From positions 248,001-312,000 of the forward strand of contig LSRY02000008.1 of assembly GCA_001643675.2 (NCBI GenBank): a stretch of DNA of 64,000 bases. Direction: 5' to 3'. The translations under genes were made by a program, and so were the position numbers. Source of the DNA: Monocercomonoides exilis PA203 (Eukaryota; Protista; Preaxostyla). The notes under the pieces were generated by a model. It worked only from the letters and a program-made list of their open reading frames with translations. It had not been told where the DNA came from and ran no database searches. Shown here piece after piece: positions 14,064 to 27,209 of this stretch (positions within the stretch are counted from its first letter, which is position 1; every line of letters begins with the position of its first letter).

Positions 14064-15803
14064 TTAGCAATCCCCTTTCATCCATTCCGGAACCTCGCTC
14101 TCAACATAGTTCTTCCAAAATGTCTTCATCGTCCACCCTTCCTTGTTGCTGATATTTGCATCGTGCCTCATCCACTCCGGCGGTTCGCTCTTAACATTCG
14201 CAATCCACAGCATCGCCATCGTCCTCCCGCTCTTGTCCACTTGTGTTGTTCTGTGCCTCATCCACTCTGGCGGAGCTGTCTTCACCCACGTAATCCAGTG
14301 CATGGCCATCGTCATTCCATTCTGGTCAATAAACACTGCCTCGTGTCTCATCCACTCCGGCGGCTCTGTTTGAACATCTCCAATCCAATGCATCGCCATC
14401 GTCCATCCGTTCCCGTCCCCAACCGTAACCTCGTGCCGCATCCACTCCGGTGGTTCTGATTTGACGTGTCTGATCCAGTACATCGCTATCGTCCACCCGT
14501 CCTTGTCCACTTGCATCCCCCTGTGCCTCATCCACTCTGGCGGCTCTGTTTGCACATTCGCAATCCAGCGCATGGCCATCGTTCTCCCATACATGTCTCC
14601 ACGCCCCACATCGTGCCTCATCCATTCCGGCGGATCGCTCTTCACATTCTCTATCCACAGCATCGCCATTGTTCTTCCTTCCTCGTCTCCCTCTGTCGCC
14701 TCGTGCCTCACTTCCTCTGGAGGCTCTGCTTTTTTTTCAACAATCCAGTTCATCGCTTCTGTTCTTCCATTTCTGTCAAAAACTTTCGCTTTATTCTTTC
14801 CTTCTTCACATCTTTCACATTTTCTCTCATTTTCACAGCTTGCTCCCTCTCCTTTCTTTTCTTTCTCCCGAGGTGCTTTGTCCTCCTTCATCCATTCCGG
14901 CGGATTTGTTTTGATGTGCTTTATCCACAGCATATCCATCGTCCATCCATCATTGTTCGCAAGCGTAACGTCGTGTCTCATCCATTCCGGTGGCTCTGTT
15001 TTCACATTTTCAATCCAGATCATCGCCATCGTCCACCCGTCCTTGTTGCGCAGAGTGATGTCATGTCTCATCCATCCCAGAACATTTGTTTTAACTTTAC
15101 TTATCCACAGCATGGCCATCGTCCAGCCATCATTGTCTGCAAGTGCAGGATCGTGCCTCATCCATTCCGGTGGAGTATTTTCTTTCAAAATAATCCAATT
15201 CATTGCTATTGTTCTTCCCAAAATATCTTTAAGAGCATTATCATGCCTCATCCATTCAGGTGGTTCTGTCTTCACAAATTCGATCCAGAACATAGCCATT
15301 GTGCATCCGTTCTTATTGTTAAGTGCAGGATCGTGTCTCATCCATTCAAGTGGTTCTGTCTTCACATATTCAATCCATATCATAGTTATTGTTGCACCAC
15401 AATTGTTGCGAAGTGTGATGTCGTGTCTCATCCATTCAGGTGGTTCTGTTTTGGCATGTGAGATCCATATCATTGCCATTGTCGATCCATAATTGTTGCG
15501 AAGTGAACTTTCATGTCTCATCCATTCTGATGGTTCAGTTTCAGTAAACTGAATCCACTTCATCGCCATTGTCCGTCCTTCTTTATCAGCAAGTGTGTTG
15601 TCGTGTCTCATCCACTCAGGTGGCTCTGTCCTCACATTTTCTATCCAGAGCATGGCCATTGTGTTTCCCCAATTATCTTTAAGTGTAATATCATGTCTCA
15701 TCCATTCTGGAGGCTCTGTTCGATATAACTGGATCCAGTTCATTGCCTTTGTATCTCCCCATTTATCTTTATCAGGATTCATCGCATCAACTTTATTTCC
15801 CAT
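14064..15803 (-). CDS. 30-aa ankyrin-like tandem-repeat protein (WMRH family), 18 units in two blocks (10+8) joined by a charged linker
   Basis: First ATG gives MGNKVDAMNP. Repeat [DN]xxGxTMAMxWIxxVKTEPPEWMRH with 90-bp period and distinct first/last cap units. Confidence 0.85.
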   Translation of the reverse strand: MGNKVDAMNPDKDKWGDTKAMNWIQLYRTEPPEWMRHDITLKDNWGNTMAMLWIENVRTEPPEWMRHDNTLADKEGRTMAMKWIQFTETEPSEWMRHESSLRNNYGSTMAMIWISHAKTEPPEWMRHDITLRNNCGATITMIWIEYVKTEPLEWMRHDPALNNKNGCTMAMFWIEFVKTEPPEWMRHDNALKDILGRTIAMNWIILKENTPPEWMRHDPALADNDGWTMAMLWISKVKTNVLGWMRHDITLRNKDGWTMAMIWIENVKTEPPEWMRHDVTLANNDGWTMDMLWIKHIKTNPPEWMKEDKAPREKEKKGEGASCENERKCERCEEGKNKAKVFDRNGRTEAMNWIVEKKAEPPEEVRHEATEGDEEGRTMAMLWIENVKSDPPEWMRHDVGRGDMYGRTMAMRWIANVQTEPPEWMRHRGMQVDKDGWTIAMYWIRHVKSEPPEWMRHEVTVGDGNGWTMAMHWIGDVQTEPPEWMRHEAVFIDQNGMTMAMHWITWVKTAPPEWMRHRTTQVDKSGRTMAMLWIANVKSEPPEWMRHDANISNKEGWTMKTFWKNYVESEVPEWMKGDC

Positions 15804-16639
15804 TTCCTTGCTATTCTCTACAAAACTGAAAACACTTTTTGCTTGCAAACAAGCGATTCAACAAATATGTTCGATCTTTCAATAACTCTGTTTTGTTATG
15901 GGTCTCTGCAATATTTGAGAAGTTTTTTTATGCTTTATGAATTTTGTTCCTCGCGATGTTTTCTGATATTTTTCTCAATTTTTTGATGTTTCTTTTTTCT
16001 TTCTTTCTTTCTTTCTTTTTTTGCGACTATTCTGAACCAAAAACAATTGAACGAAATTTTAAAAATCAAAAGAAATAAAAGCACATGAATGAAATTTTCT
16101 CTTATGAGAACACGATCGATTGTGAAATGGTTCAGATATGCGGATACTGCTTAAGTTAAATTAATTTTCAACATCAAATTTTGTTAAATTGAGTGAAGCG
16201 AATTCAAGTTATCGAGATCATTGAAGCTGTGATGCATTTGTCAATAAAAACGAAAGGAAAACGATTGAAATGTTTCCAACCACATTTTCAGCCATATTTT
16301 AATCTTCAACAGAAATTTTGAAAGATCTTTGGGTGGACAAAAGAAAGGCCAACAAAAATATGAAAAATGAAGATCGAAGGTAGAATAAGCACTCAAAAAG
16401 AAGAAGTACATTTTCAGAATCGAAGATTCAACATACTTGTGAATTGTCCCTCTTTTTGAGACGCAATAAAGAAGAAGGGCAGAGCAGTTGTAAACACATC
16501 GGTTACTCGATTCCTTTGCATTAATGTTCAAAGATTACATGACAAGAATCAATGAGAAACTGATCGTGTCTGAGAATTGGTGAGAAGATGATAAAACTTG
16601 TTCTCAGCGACTGGCTTTTGCATTCATAACTAAGTTCAA

Positions 16640-18930
16640 TGGTTCCTCCTCCTCCTCCTCCTTCTTCTTCTTCTTCTTCTTCTTCTTCTTCTTCTTCTTC
16701 TTCTTCTTCCTCATCAACATTCACTTCTTCGAATTCCTCATCCTTTTTTTTTTCCATCTTCATCTGTCTTGTCTCTGTTACTATCAGCTCCAACAATTCA
16801 TTTTTCCACCCACATTGAACATGTCCTTCTAAAAGAAGAGCAAATGTTGAGTTGCCTTGTGAACATCGATTTCGTGATGGTGTGTCATAATCTCCTTTTT
16901 CAAGCGCATCAAGCAATGAAACAGAGAAGGACAAAGAAGTAACCACCATCCAGTCAGCAGTGCGGGTTGTGGCTGGAAATGTGTCTGTATCATCGAGAAT
17001 CTCCGAAAGGAAAGGAAGCAACTGTCATTCAAAGAAGGCTAAAGACATTTCAGACAAGACAACTGTTTCATCAGTTATTCGATGAGATTCAAGAAGAGCG
17101 GAAGGGAGATGTGTCTCGAACTGCAGATGAATGTCTATTTTGATTGGAAATCTTCAAACAGAGCGAATGAGTTTCTAATTCACATTCCTTCACTCGGAAG
17201 AGAAGTAACGAATCATCCATTCAATATACACGCACAAGCCTGTTGATGAAAAGCTTGTGAAGAACATTGACATTTCACCGGAGCTTATTTTCTCGATCAT
17301 AACACTCTCAGTCTTTGACAACAGATCCAACAAATCCCTCCATTTCTTCCTCTCCTTCCTCTCCTTCCTCTCCTTCCTCTCCTTCCTCTCCTTCCTCTCC
17401 TTCCTCTCCTTCCTCTCCTTCTTCTTCTTCTTCTTCTTCTTCTTCTTCTTCTTCTTCTTCTTCTCCTCCTCCTCCTCCTCCTCCTCCTCCTTCTCCTTCT
17501 CCTTCTCCTTCTCCTTCTCCTTCTTCTTCTTCTTCTTCTTCTTCACATTTCACCCCTTCAGCTGAAGAAACCCTGCTCCAACTGTTCCCATCGCTCGAGA
17601 ACGGAGAGCTTTCGCAGCTGGTTGATCTTTCTGATCCGAATGTGGATGTTGAACTTGTTTCGCCTGTAGAACAGGAGGCAGACGCGGTGGGGTATCCGAA
17701 AAAGCTTCTTGTTGCTGGGGCAGCACAGAAGTTGTCTCTTCGCTCAGCGCATTAGTATTCTTCATGTTCTTCGTCTTCTTTCTCTTCTTTTTTTTCTTCT
17801 TCTTCCTCTTCTTTTCTTCTTCTTCTTCGTTTTCGTCTTCGTCTTCTTCGTCTTCTTCAACTGGAGCAGCACGCCGACCAACTTCGCCATTCAGGAGGCG
17901 GAGAAGCAAAGAGAAGGAGGCAGCAGGAGATGATAAGCCATCTTCATCTTCATCTTCATCTTCATCTTCATCTTCATCATCAGCGCCTGTGACTGACTCT
18001 TCGGATGCCTCGGTGGTGGCTTCGTTATACACGTCTACAGCAGCGGTGAACTACATAGAGAGAAGGTTGCGGATTGTGGTGCATGACGCGGTTGGAGTAA
18101 ATGTGAAGCACATGTGTCCGCTGTCGATGCTGCTGCGGAGTAATGTTGTGGCTAGGAGAGCGTTGCTGTGTGGGAGTGTTACGTGTGCATGCGATGTGGC
18201 GCTTTCGACGATGCTTTCGGTTCCGCTGGTGGCGCCGCTTCCGTCACTTGCAGTATCGGTGGGCACGAAGTCGGGGGGCAAGTGAATCTTTGCGGCAGCA
18301 GATGTGAATGCGTTCACGTCGATCTACGACCTGTTTGACACGTCGCTGCAGATATGGTGATCGTCTCAATTGAAATATTTGGTGGTGAAGCTGGATGGCG
18401 AAGTGATGGAGAGGGGGGGAGGGGGGGTTGCAGTGTATGAAGTGGGGGAGATTGTGGAGAAGGTACAATCGGTGGAGGGGCTGAGGATGGAGGAGGATGT
18501 GGTTCTGTTGCATGAAGCGATTGCGCTGGTAGTGCTTGAGGAGCGGGAAGAGGCAGAGGAAGGAGAAAGGGGAAGAGGAAGAGGAAGAGGAAGAGGAAGA
18601 GGAAGAGGAAGAAGAGGAAGATAAAGTTTATGAAGTTGATGATAACGAAGAGAAGAGATTCTGAAGAAAATGATCTTTTGATGGCTCTTCTTCATCCAGA
18701 ACGTGCGAATCAGATGAATCGGGGATATTTCTGCCGGCAGGGATGTCTGTTACAAAATTGGATAATAATTATTCTTAAGAATAAAAAGGTGTTTCTGAAA
18801 GGCAATCATAGAATAAAGTCGAGTTTTAATGGTGCTGTTCTTCAACGTACTTTGTTGTTGTTGATTTCCCATTGTTGTTGGCTCACAAGATTTTTTTTCG
18901 GTTTCTTGAAGAAAATCTTTCAGTGACTCT
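16640..18930 (+). pseudogene. Decayed low-complexity gene, partly GC-rich
   Basis: Protein-like frames (e.g. VASLYTSTAAVNYIERRLRIVV..., KYLVVKLDGEVM...) broken by several in-frame stops and microsatellites. Strand and identity are uncertain. Confidence 0.35.
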
Positions 18931-19019
18931 GGTTCCATCATCGTAGTTATCGAAGTTCATGTGTTAGCAGAATTATGTAAAAAAGGTGATATCTGAGGCT
19001 CTCTGAACAGCATCTGCTT

Positions 19020-20430
19020 CTCTTCCACACCAGAAAAGCTATTCTTGTCAAATTTGCTTTTTTTTTTCTTCCTTTCAAATACAAAAGATGGTTAACCTTT
19101 GTTGGATCAGCTTGTAGTTGGATAAAGAATTCTTTGCCAAGGGGGCGTTGAAGAGAAGCTGTGTGTCGGTGCTGAGAGTGTCGTCAGAGACAAACAATGC
19201 CCCATCAAATATGTTTGCCACAATGAAATCGGTGATGGCTGCTGTTGTGTGGCACAGATGGGCAAGCGACACGTTCCACAAGCAGATACTGTCTGCGCTG
19301 TTTCTGTGTCTATTTCTGTTTCTGTTTGCATTGACGCATGCAGCGGTTTCTGTTGAGCTTCCTTGAACACATGCATCCCCAGAGAATGTCAGCAGCATAG
19401 TTCACACTCACAATGCTCCCTTGTTGTGCCTACGGCTGTGTCTGTTCATCTGTTTTGCTGCCAGATGCTAACACGCATTGCGATCAGGTGCAGTTTGGCA
19501 GGGCTAAACATGTAGAAGGGGAATGCACAGAAAGTGCAGATCAGCCGAAGGATAAGCTTGCGCATGCGTTTGTGCAGTTACGGAAAGATGAACAAAAAAT
19601 GCTGTATATTTTGATGCAGCAGTGTTAAGGCAGAGGATTCTGCCCTGCGAAAACGCAAGATGCTCTGCAGCCATGCTGTGTGATGATGCGCTCCTGCATT
19701 GATTGAACTCGAAGGCGCTGACAGACAACAGGATGTGCTGGAGGCTGATAATTGCAATGGAAAGTTGTAAAGCGGAGGAGAGGAGGAAAAGTGTGAGAGC
19801 GAATGTGAGGTGCTGATAAGAAGTTGTTGAAGTTAAGTGGCTACACTTGATGGCGAGAATGGACGAGTTGAGGGGCACTGAGTTAACTGCATGTGAGGCG
19901 CTCACCAGAAATAACAAGCCACCTCCTGCAGTAGTTGAGCAGAAGCACTCAGAAAGAGTTGAAAACGAATAATTAAAATATCCTTATTCGTTCAACATAG
20001 TAAGCATCGCCCTTCCATTAGCATTTCGATCCGTCACATCCTTCATCATTGCGTTACAAACAACCATTTTCAAAGGCTCGTTTTGAATATTCTGGATGAT
20101 GTGAATGGTTTCTGTTGCGTTCTGTATGAATGCTTCGAATGAACTCTACTCAATAACGACATCTTGATCAACTTCATTTTATTTCCTCTTGAACCCTTTG
20201 ATATCCTCAATCCGCTTGCTTCTTCAGGATTTATGAACTTCATTATTGGGATTTAAATGCTCATTGATTCTGTTGGCATTCCGAAATATATTTCCTCTAA
20301 TAATTGGGCTATTCACATAATGGATTATAGGATAAAGTTGCTGTATTGAGAATCTTGCAACTAATAAGTTTATAAAATTTAGTCAAAATAAAATAAAGCA
20401 TGCAAGAAAATACAAATAGCAAACCACATT
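19020..20430 (-). pseudogene. Degenerate Ser/Cys/Gly-rich putative surface protein (beta-helix-like)
   Basis: Signal-like start MWFAICIFLHAL, then fragments such as SECFCSTTAGGGLLFL; many frameshifts. Confidence 0.35.
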
Positions 20431-21758
20431 TTTTATAATAATTCTGTTCATTTTAACTTGCATATGTCATAATTGCTAGCATGAATCGTTGATATTCATT
20501 CTGCGTGTGGAAAAATTCTGATTTATTACAAGTTTGAATAATTATCAAATTCAAAAAATAATAAGAAAGATAATATAAATACACATTAAAAATTTCATGA
20601 AGCAGCAATTGCAGAATAGTTCAAGCATATAAAACTTAATTTCATAATAAAACATATATTTTTAACTTTGATCAAAATGAACGATATATTATTTTTTGTT
20701 TCAAATTTTTTTTCACAAAAAGAAGTTTGCATGAACTGAAAAGCATTTAATTTTTTTTTTTTTCGTTGTAGTAGTAGTTGTTGTTGTTGAAAGGAGAGAC
20801 AAAAAAAATGAAAAAAAAAATGAAACAAAAATTTCTGTTAATAATGTTAAAATTTTGTTTCCTTTTCACTTGAAAAAAAGAAAATTATCTCTCCATTCTC
20901 TTTCCCATAAATTCCCTTCTCATCTCCCGACTGTTGGAACAAAATTTTCTGTTCAATGAATATTGTTCAAAGCAGTTCTTTCAAAGTTTTTTTTTCGTTT
21001 TTTATATTTTTATATTTAAGATTGCACGATAATGTTGGAATAATAATCATTCGATTGCAGAAAATGTTTGAAAGAGATCTTTGAATTTTTCATAAATGAA
21101 AAAAATTTGTCCCAGTTTCTTTTCCAGCTTTCGATATGAAAGAGATTTTTTTTTTTAACAATTTAATTCAATAATTCATTTTTTTTCCAAGTTATTTTAA
21201 CAGATTTTTTGCAAAAAATGGAGAAAAATTCAGAATATCAGGTGAGTGAAAATGCTTTTGAAATGATAATAGAAGTTGTCAAAATTCTCAAAAACAAAGA
21301 GAATTTATTCTCTTTATGAAATTAAAAATAAAATTTGAAATGGATTGACAAAACTGTTGAATAGGATGAATAAAAGTGCACAAATTATTCAAACCAACAG
21401 AGTGAATGGGATTCTCTCAAATGGGAGAAAAAAGTCGGAAAGAATCGTTTTCTCAAATAATAATTGCTCGCTTTCTAAAAGTTATAAAAATCGACAAAAG
21501 TCCTTTCAACAATTTGGTGAGTTATACAGACAAGTGAAGAATAACAGGAAATGGATTGAAATAGACATTCTTTGAAGTGAATCCTTAATTTCCTGTTGAA
21601 GGATATAAAAATCCTTCGAAAAGGACAAAGATCAGCAAATATCATGAGAATTGTTGAACTGTGGTAAAACTGCAGCTCAGATATTCCCATGCCATCTGAT
21701 TCAGATGAAAAAATGATTTCCTTTCTGTCTCAGAAAGCAAACATATGAAATGAAATAA

Positions 21759-22682
21759 TCAACCGTTCATCCAAGATGGTACCTCTGTGTCAGCATGAAT
21801 TCTCCAATGATCCCCTATGGTTTTTCCTTCCTTGTCTCTAATGGCTGCGTTGTGCCTCATCCACTCTGGTGGCTCTGTCTTTGCATGTCTTATCCAATGC
21901 ATTGCCATTGTCCTTCCACTCTTATCATGAAGTTCCGCTCCATGTCTCATCCATTCAGATGGCTCTGCATTAACATAGATAATCCATATCATAGCCATTG
22001 TCCACCCATCCATGTCTGCAAGCACCTTGTCATGCCTCATCCATTTGGGAGGTTCTGTTTTGACATTTGCAATCCATATCATGGCCATTGTCTCTCCACC
22101 TCTATCGCGAAGCGCAATATCATGCCTCATCCATTCTGGTGGCTCTGTTTTTATCTCCATAATCCACAGCATTGCCATTGTTCTTCCCCACTTATCGGCA
22201 AGTGTGTTGTCGTGTCGCATTTGTTCTGGTGGCTCTGTTTTGTTCTCAATAATCCACGTCATTCCCGGTGTTTGTCCATTTTCATCTTTAAATGTTTCAT
22301 CAAATGCCATCCATTCTGGAAATGCAGCTCTTGTATAAAATTTCCAATAATCTGCCATTGTCAACCCATTCTTGTCTTCAAGAGAATTGCGATGCCTCAT
22401 CCATTTCGGTGGCTCTGTTTTGACTTCCCTTATCCACCACATGGCCATTGTCCATCCATCGTTGTCTGTAAGCTCCTTGTCATGCCTCATCCATTCTGGA
22501 GGTTCTGTTTTTATCTCCATAATCCACAGCATTGCCATTGTTCTTCCCCACTTATTCCTTATCGATATATCATGTTTCATATATTTTGGTGGCTCTGTTT
22601 TGTTCTCCACAATCCAATTCATTGCTCTTGTCATTCCACATTCATCTATCTTTGGGTTTAAAGAGCCCGCTTCGTTTCCCAT
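21759..22682 (-). CDS. 30-aa ankyrin-like tandem-repeat protein (WMRH family), 10 units
   Basis: First ATG gives MGNEAGSLNP. Same repeat, with an internal cap-like FPEWMAF-DET..GQTPGM junction. Confidence 0.85.
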   Translation of the reverse strand: MGNEAGSLNPKIDECGMTRAMNWIVENKTEPPKYMKHDISIRNKWGRTMAMLWIMEIKTEPPEWMRHDKELTDNDGWTMAMWWIREVKTEPPKWMRHRNSLEDKNGLTMADYWKFYTRAAFPEWMAFDETFKDENGQTPGMTWIIENKTEPPEQMRHDNTLADKWGRTMAMLWIMEIKTEPPEWMRHDIALRDRGGETMAMIWIANVKTEPPKWMRHDKVLADMDGWTMAMIWIIYVNAEPSEWMRHGAELHDKSGRTMAMHWIRHAKTEPPEWMRHNAAIRDKEGKTIGDHWRIHADTEVPSWMNG

Positions 22683-25172
22683 TCTGTCTGTGTTTTTGAG
22701 CGGATACAATGAAGTGCTGTTTGTTTTTCAATCGAAAAAGAAAAGATCAAAAAATGAAATAATTTGTAAAGGGCGAATAATATTTTAAATAGCGTTTTTT
22801 CAAAATATGACGAACATATTTCACAAAATTGGTAACAAAATATTATTTATGACAACCGATAAAAATAATCAGAGAGAAAGAGAAAACACGGAAAAAGAAT
22901 GAGAAAAATACAACCGAAATGATAATGATACCAATTGCAGCAGATTGTTAGGAACTTTTGAGCAAAATGAATGAGGAAGAAGAAAAAATTGATGATGCAA
23001 CTAATAAGGTTGTTGAAAATGGAAGAGAGAAAAAAGGAGAGCGATGAGGAAGTGATGGAGATAAAGCATGAAAGCAAATGATGAAATCAGACTTTTTCTC
23101 TTTTTTGGATCTTCTTCTTCTTCTTCTTCTTCTGCATCCGCATAACACTCATCCACAGCATTTGCATAGGCACAGGTGTTTGTGCAATGCTGGCAGAATT
23201 CGAAGCACATGAGCTTGATAACAAAACATTCCCAGTGTCTTTTCAAAAGAGGCAGTTGTCTGTTCAATTTGTGTCGTCTCTGCTGCAGAAGAAGAAGAAG
23301 AAGAAGAAGAAGAAGAAGAAGATATCACAAACAAGTTCCGCTTTTCCCTCTTTCTCTCTCTCTCTCTTTCCTTCGGCTTTTGACAAGATTCGCCTTATGT
23401 GCCTTCCAAAACCTTCCAAAAAAATAAAAAAAGAGAATGTCTTCTTCTCTTTTCCTTCTTATTCCATCCATCTTATTCCTCCATGCTCCCCTTCATTTGT
23501 CATGTCCTTGTCTCTTCAGATGCACCCAACATGTTCTCTTTCCTCATTCCTTGTTCATTCATTGCCATTCATCATTCTTGCAAAAAAAAGCCAAGTTTCA
23601 TGAAAAATAACAAAAGATGATGAAAATCATTGAATAAACATGCAAACCTATGACTTTGTTGCAAATAATCTTCACAAACTTTCTTCTTTCTTCTTCTTCT
23701 TCTTCGCAAAATATCGTCCCTTTCTGCCTGCAAATTCCATCTGTCTCGTCTCCTCTTCTTTTCCACCTCTGCTCCTGAAAATAATACCCAAAGCCCAAAC
23801 CTTCGGTTTTGTTTCACGTGGAATAACTTCCATAAGCTCTGTTCGATTGAAATATCAAAATGTGTTCATTCCATCAGAAGAACCCCTTCCCATCCCTTGT
23901 TGCTGCATCGCCTTTTCTTTTTTTTCTCTCTCTCTTCATTTTCCCTCATTGCAAAAACGCACATCTGCCTCACATCCATTATCTCCTCCACAAGCAATGA
24001 TAATATTCTTTTCTCCTTCTCTCTCAATCTCCCCATTCCCCTTCGCTCTTCTCCCAATAAAAAATAAATGCTCCCATCATTTTTCTGTATCGAGTGATCG
24101 AAGCCATCTTGTGGTCAGCCCCTCATCTCGCTCCATCCACGCAGCACATCTGCCTCCACTTCATCAATGCAAAGTGTCAGCGTTAATGTTCCTTCTTCCC
24201 ATCTTCCTCCGCCTCCACCTCCATCCCTTGCGCTGCAAACGCCAGGCGCAACCTAACAGTCCTCCAAATAATATGCGAAAACTCAAAAACTTCCCTCACT
24301 TTCTTCTTCCTCCCTTCCGCACAATTTTCCACCGAAGTTTCATCCCTAACCGCTCATGTACTCGCAATAACCTCCCTTAACCTTCCACATGTGCCTCCTC
24401 TCTCAGTGTATTTTATAAAACCATCTTCTCCCCATATATCTCCATTTCTCATCCAACTTTTATCATTTCCTCCAATAAAAACATTGTCTATTCGCTCCAC
24501 CCATCTTCCGCCTTCCTTTCCTCCATCTCGTCCCATCTCACTGCATCAAATTCCATTTCTCCAGTAATAAACAAGAACCCCGCCCCTCACTCCTGATGAA
24601 TTCAATAAAGGAAAACCTCCTTTCACGTCCACAATCATTCATTACACATCCTTCATCCTCAGAAAATTCATGTTATAACATCTTCTCATTCATTTCAAGC
24701 TTCGATCATTTTTTCTCCTCCAGAATCCTGTTTCACCCACAAATGTCTCAATCCCTCCAAAACATATTTTTAATTATCTCATGCACCTCAATCAAAACCA
24801 CATGCCCTCACAGCTGCGATGCACAAAGTTGTATCACTTTTTCTTTTCATATCCAAATATTTTTATGGATATGATCCACGAATTTGTTCAAAACAAAGAA
24901 ACTTTCTTTCTCTTGAATGGAATTTGAATTCAAATATAGTCATCTGCACCAGACAAATAAATATCAGAATTGATTATGGACTGTATGACACATTTTTAAA
25001 TTATAATTGCTTTCATTTTATTGTTAAAAAATTCAAAAAATGAATATTTTGTGAAAAAATTTTGTTTTCGTTCAAGACATTTCGCTGCAGTGATGATAAT
25101 AGCTTCATCAAGTTCGATCTTCCATTTTGGTTAGGTTATGAAAGTGGGAACGAAAATTTGTTCAAAACGCGT

Positions 25173-25425
25173 GTGTAATTATTTTTGAAATCATAACTTT
25201 TTTCGGTGTATTATTTTTTCAAAGGATGTTTGTCTTTGGGAAGAGTTTTTCATACAAATGAAAATTTCATCAAAACCATTTCAAAAACAAATGTTAAGCT
25301 GAAATAAAGATGAAAATATCTTTTATAAGCCTTTTCACTCTATGCAATTCTTTCGTTAATATTCAAGTGAAATTTTCAAATAGAAATTTTTGAATGAAAT
25401 AATATGATATCAAAAATAATCTCCC
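25173..25425. mobile_element. MITE family B, older copy, 253 bp
   Basis: GCGT[GTGTAATTATTTTTGAA...TCAAAAATAATCTCCC]ACGT. Absent from the matching site (~62055) in the right arm. Confidence 0.7.
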
Positions 25426-26006
25426 ACGTGTTATTTATTTGATTTGAAAAAAAAATAAAAGTGACTTCAAAAAAAATAATATACAACAAATAAATACATT
25501 TCACCTTCATGCAGTCAGGTGCACCTCAACTTCAAAGCTTTCTTTTCACAAATATTATTATTAAACTCAAATTCACAACACTTTCTCCAAAATAAAACTC
25601 CACCATCAAACTGGTCATCGCTTCACTCTTCTCACTGGTTTACTCCATCTGCAACACTTAGCAGTTCCAAAAACCAAAAACAAAAACAACATTCCATTAT
25701 TGGATTAAACACTTTATAATCATCATTCTTCCTGTTCTTTGCACATCTCCTCCAAAATTCTGCTTTCTATTTTTTTCTCAGCTTTCTTCTCATTCTTTCT
25801 CTTGTCCATCTTTACCAAATACTTGTGTGATGTTATCCACATCCTTGAATCAAAAGATTATTCAACAAATATCTAATATTCACCATTGTTTTTTGATATC
25901 CGAATTTTTTCCATGTTCGTTTCTGATTTTTTGCAAAAGAATTCTCTCTCATCATATTTTTTATTATTCAATTTCTTTTGTCCAAACGTTTGAAAATTTC
26001 ACATTT

Positions 26007-26890
26007 GGGTGATTCTTTTTGATAAGCAACAAATTTATTATATCTGGAAAAAATTAAACAAAACCATATTTGATAAGATTTTGATTCAAAACCTTCAAAT
26101 TACTCCACAATAAAAATAATCTCAAATCATATTCCTTTCTTTGATCAAATTTGCAAAATGTTGAAGTTTGACGATTTTATCTTTAATGATTATCAAACAT
26201 GGTTCAATTTTTTAATCAAGATCTTTTATATTTGCATCTCTTCAAGAAAAATACCCCTTTTGTTTAAAAATGAGACTTCATTTAATTTGTTAAACACAAT
26301 CATTTTTTAATGGGTTAAAAGCACTTCATAATAAAATTTCACTTTCAAATAACAAAGAGACCAATTATCACAATCAAAAAAAAGTCTGATTTATTTCATT
26401 TTTGCAATAAAAAAGAATGGAATTGATGCGAAATAACTTCTGAAATGAAAAAAATAATCTGTTTGATGAGACAGAAAATAAAATATGTGCGACTTTTCAA
26501 AAAGAACAACACACATCATGTCCCACAATTGATAAACGTGGATAAAAAAGTTATTCAAGCCAAAAGAAATGCAAATTTCCAATGTCGAAGCAATTTTGAA
26601 TGTGAAACTATTTTGGCAATAAATCAAATAATTGCTTGATGGGAATTATTTTTGATATTCTTTTATTTTTTAAAAAATATTCAATTTTAAAATTTGTTTC
26701 CGATGTTTGTGAATGATCACTGAAAAGTGGAAGCTCCAATTGACGACATGTTTGTCTTTCTTTCGATCAAATGTTATCTTTTGAAACAACTGAAATATTT
26801 GAAACATTTGTAAGAAAATTAATAATCCCAATGGTGAAAAACGTTGAATTGATGAGCCTCGAAACAGTTTTGATTTTGAAAATAATCACA
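26007..26890. mobile_element. Two further degenerate family-B-like MITEs (~26007-26256 and ~26641-26890), apparently predating the duplication
   Basis: TIR-like ends GGGTGATTCTTTTTGA / TCAAGAAAAATACCC and GGGAATTATTTTTGA / GAAAATAATCACAC at ~250-bp spacing; some of these ends are also present in the right arm. Confidence 0.5.
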
Positions 26891-26942
26891 CAAATGTCTA
26901 TGATTATTATATGGGTGCTTTTCTACAAATGCGCAAACATAT

Positions 26943-27209
26943 GGGACAAAATATTTGACTTCAGGCATTTTCATTGAATAATTACTCATGTAAGATTATC
27001 TTTTTGTGATTAAAATTTTTGAAAAAAATGGGTTTATTTTTTGAAATACATGTGATGTCACATAACATAATGTTATTATATCAATGGCGTATGCTTTCAA
27101 AAATGAAAATCAAATTTATTTGAAATCTGGTTGAGTTTAAAAATGTAATAAGTGAAACAAAACTTTCAATGATTGTGCAAAATAAGCTTGAAAGTCCGTA
27201 TTTTCCCCC
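26943..27209. mobile_element. MITE family A, 267 bp, TSD ATAT
   Basis: ATAT[GGGACAAAATA...TATTTTCCCCC]ATAT. The orthologous site in the right arm (~60270) has a single ATAT. Confidence 0.85.

Noticed and set aside
14007-15492. Long antisense ORFs over the repeat genes (CLIHSGGSV / PHPFRW repeats), also at 21795-22661, 34195-34909 and 52991-53473
   Set aside because: They are shadows of the Met/Trp-rich sense repeat, which rarely creates antisense stops.
20936-21113. Possible short family-A-like MITE (GGAACAAAAT...ATTTGTCCC)
   Set aside because: The TIR and TSD are imperfect, there is no empty site, and internal homology is unclear.
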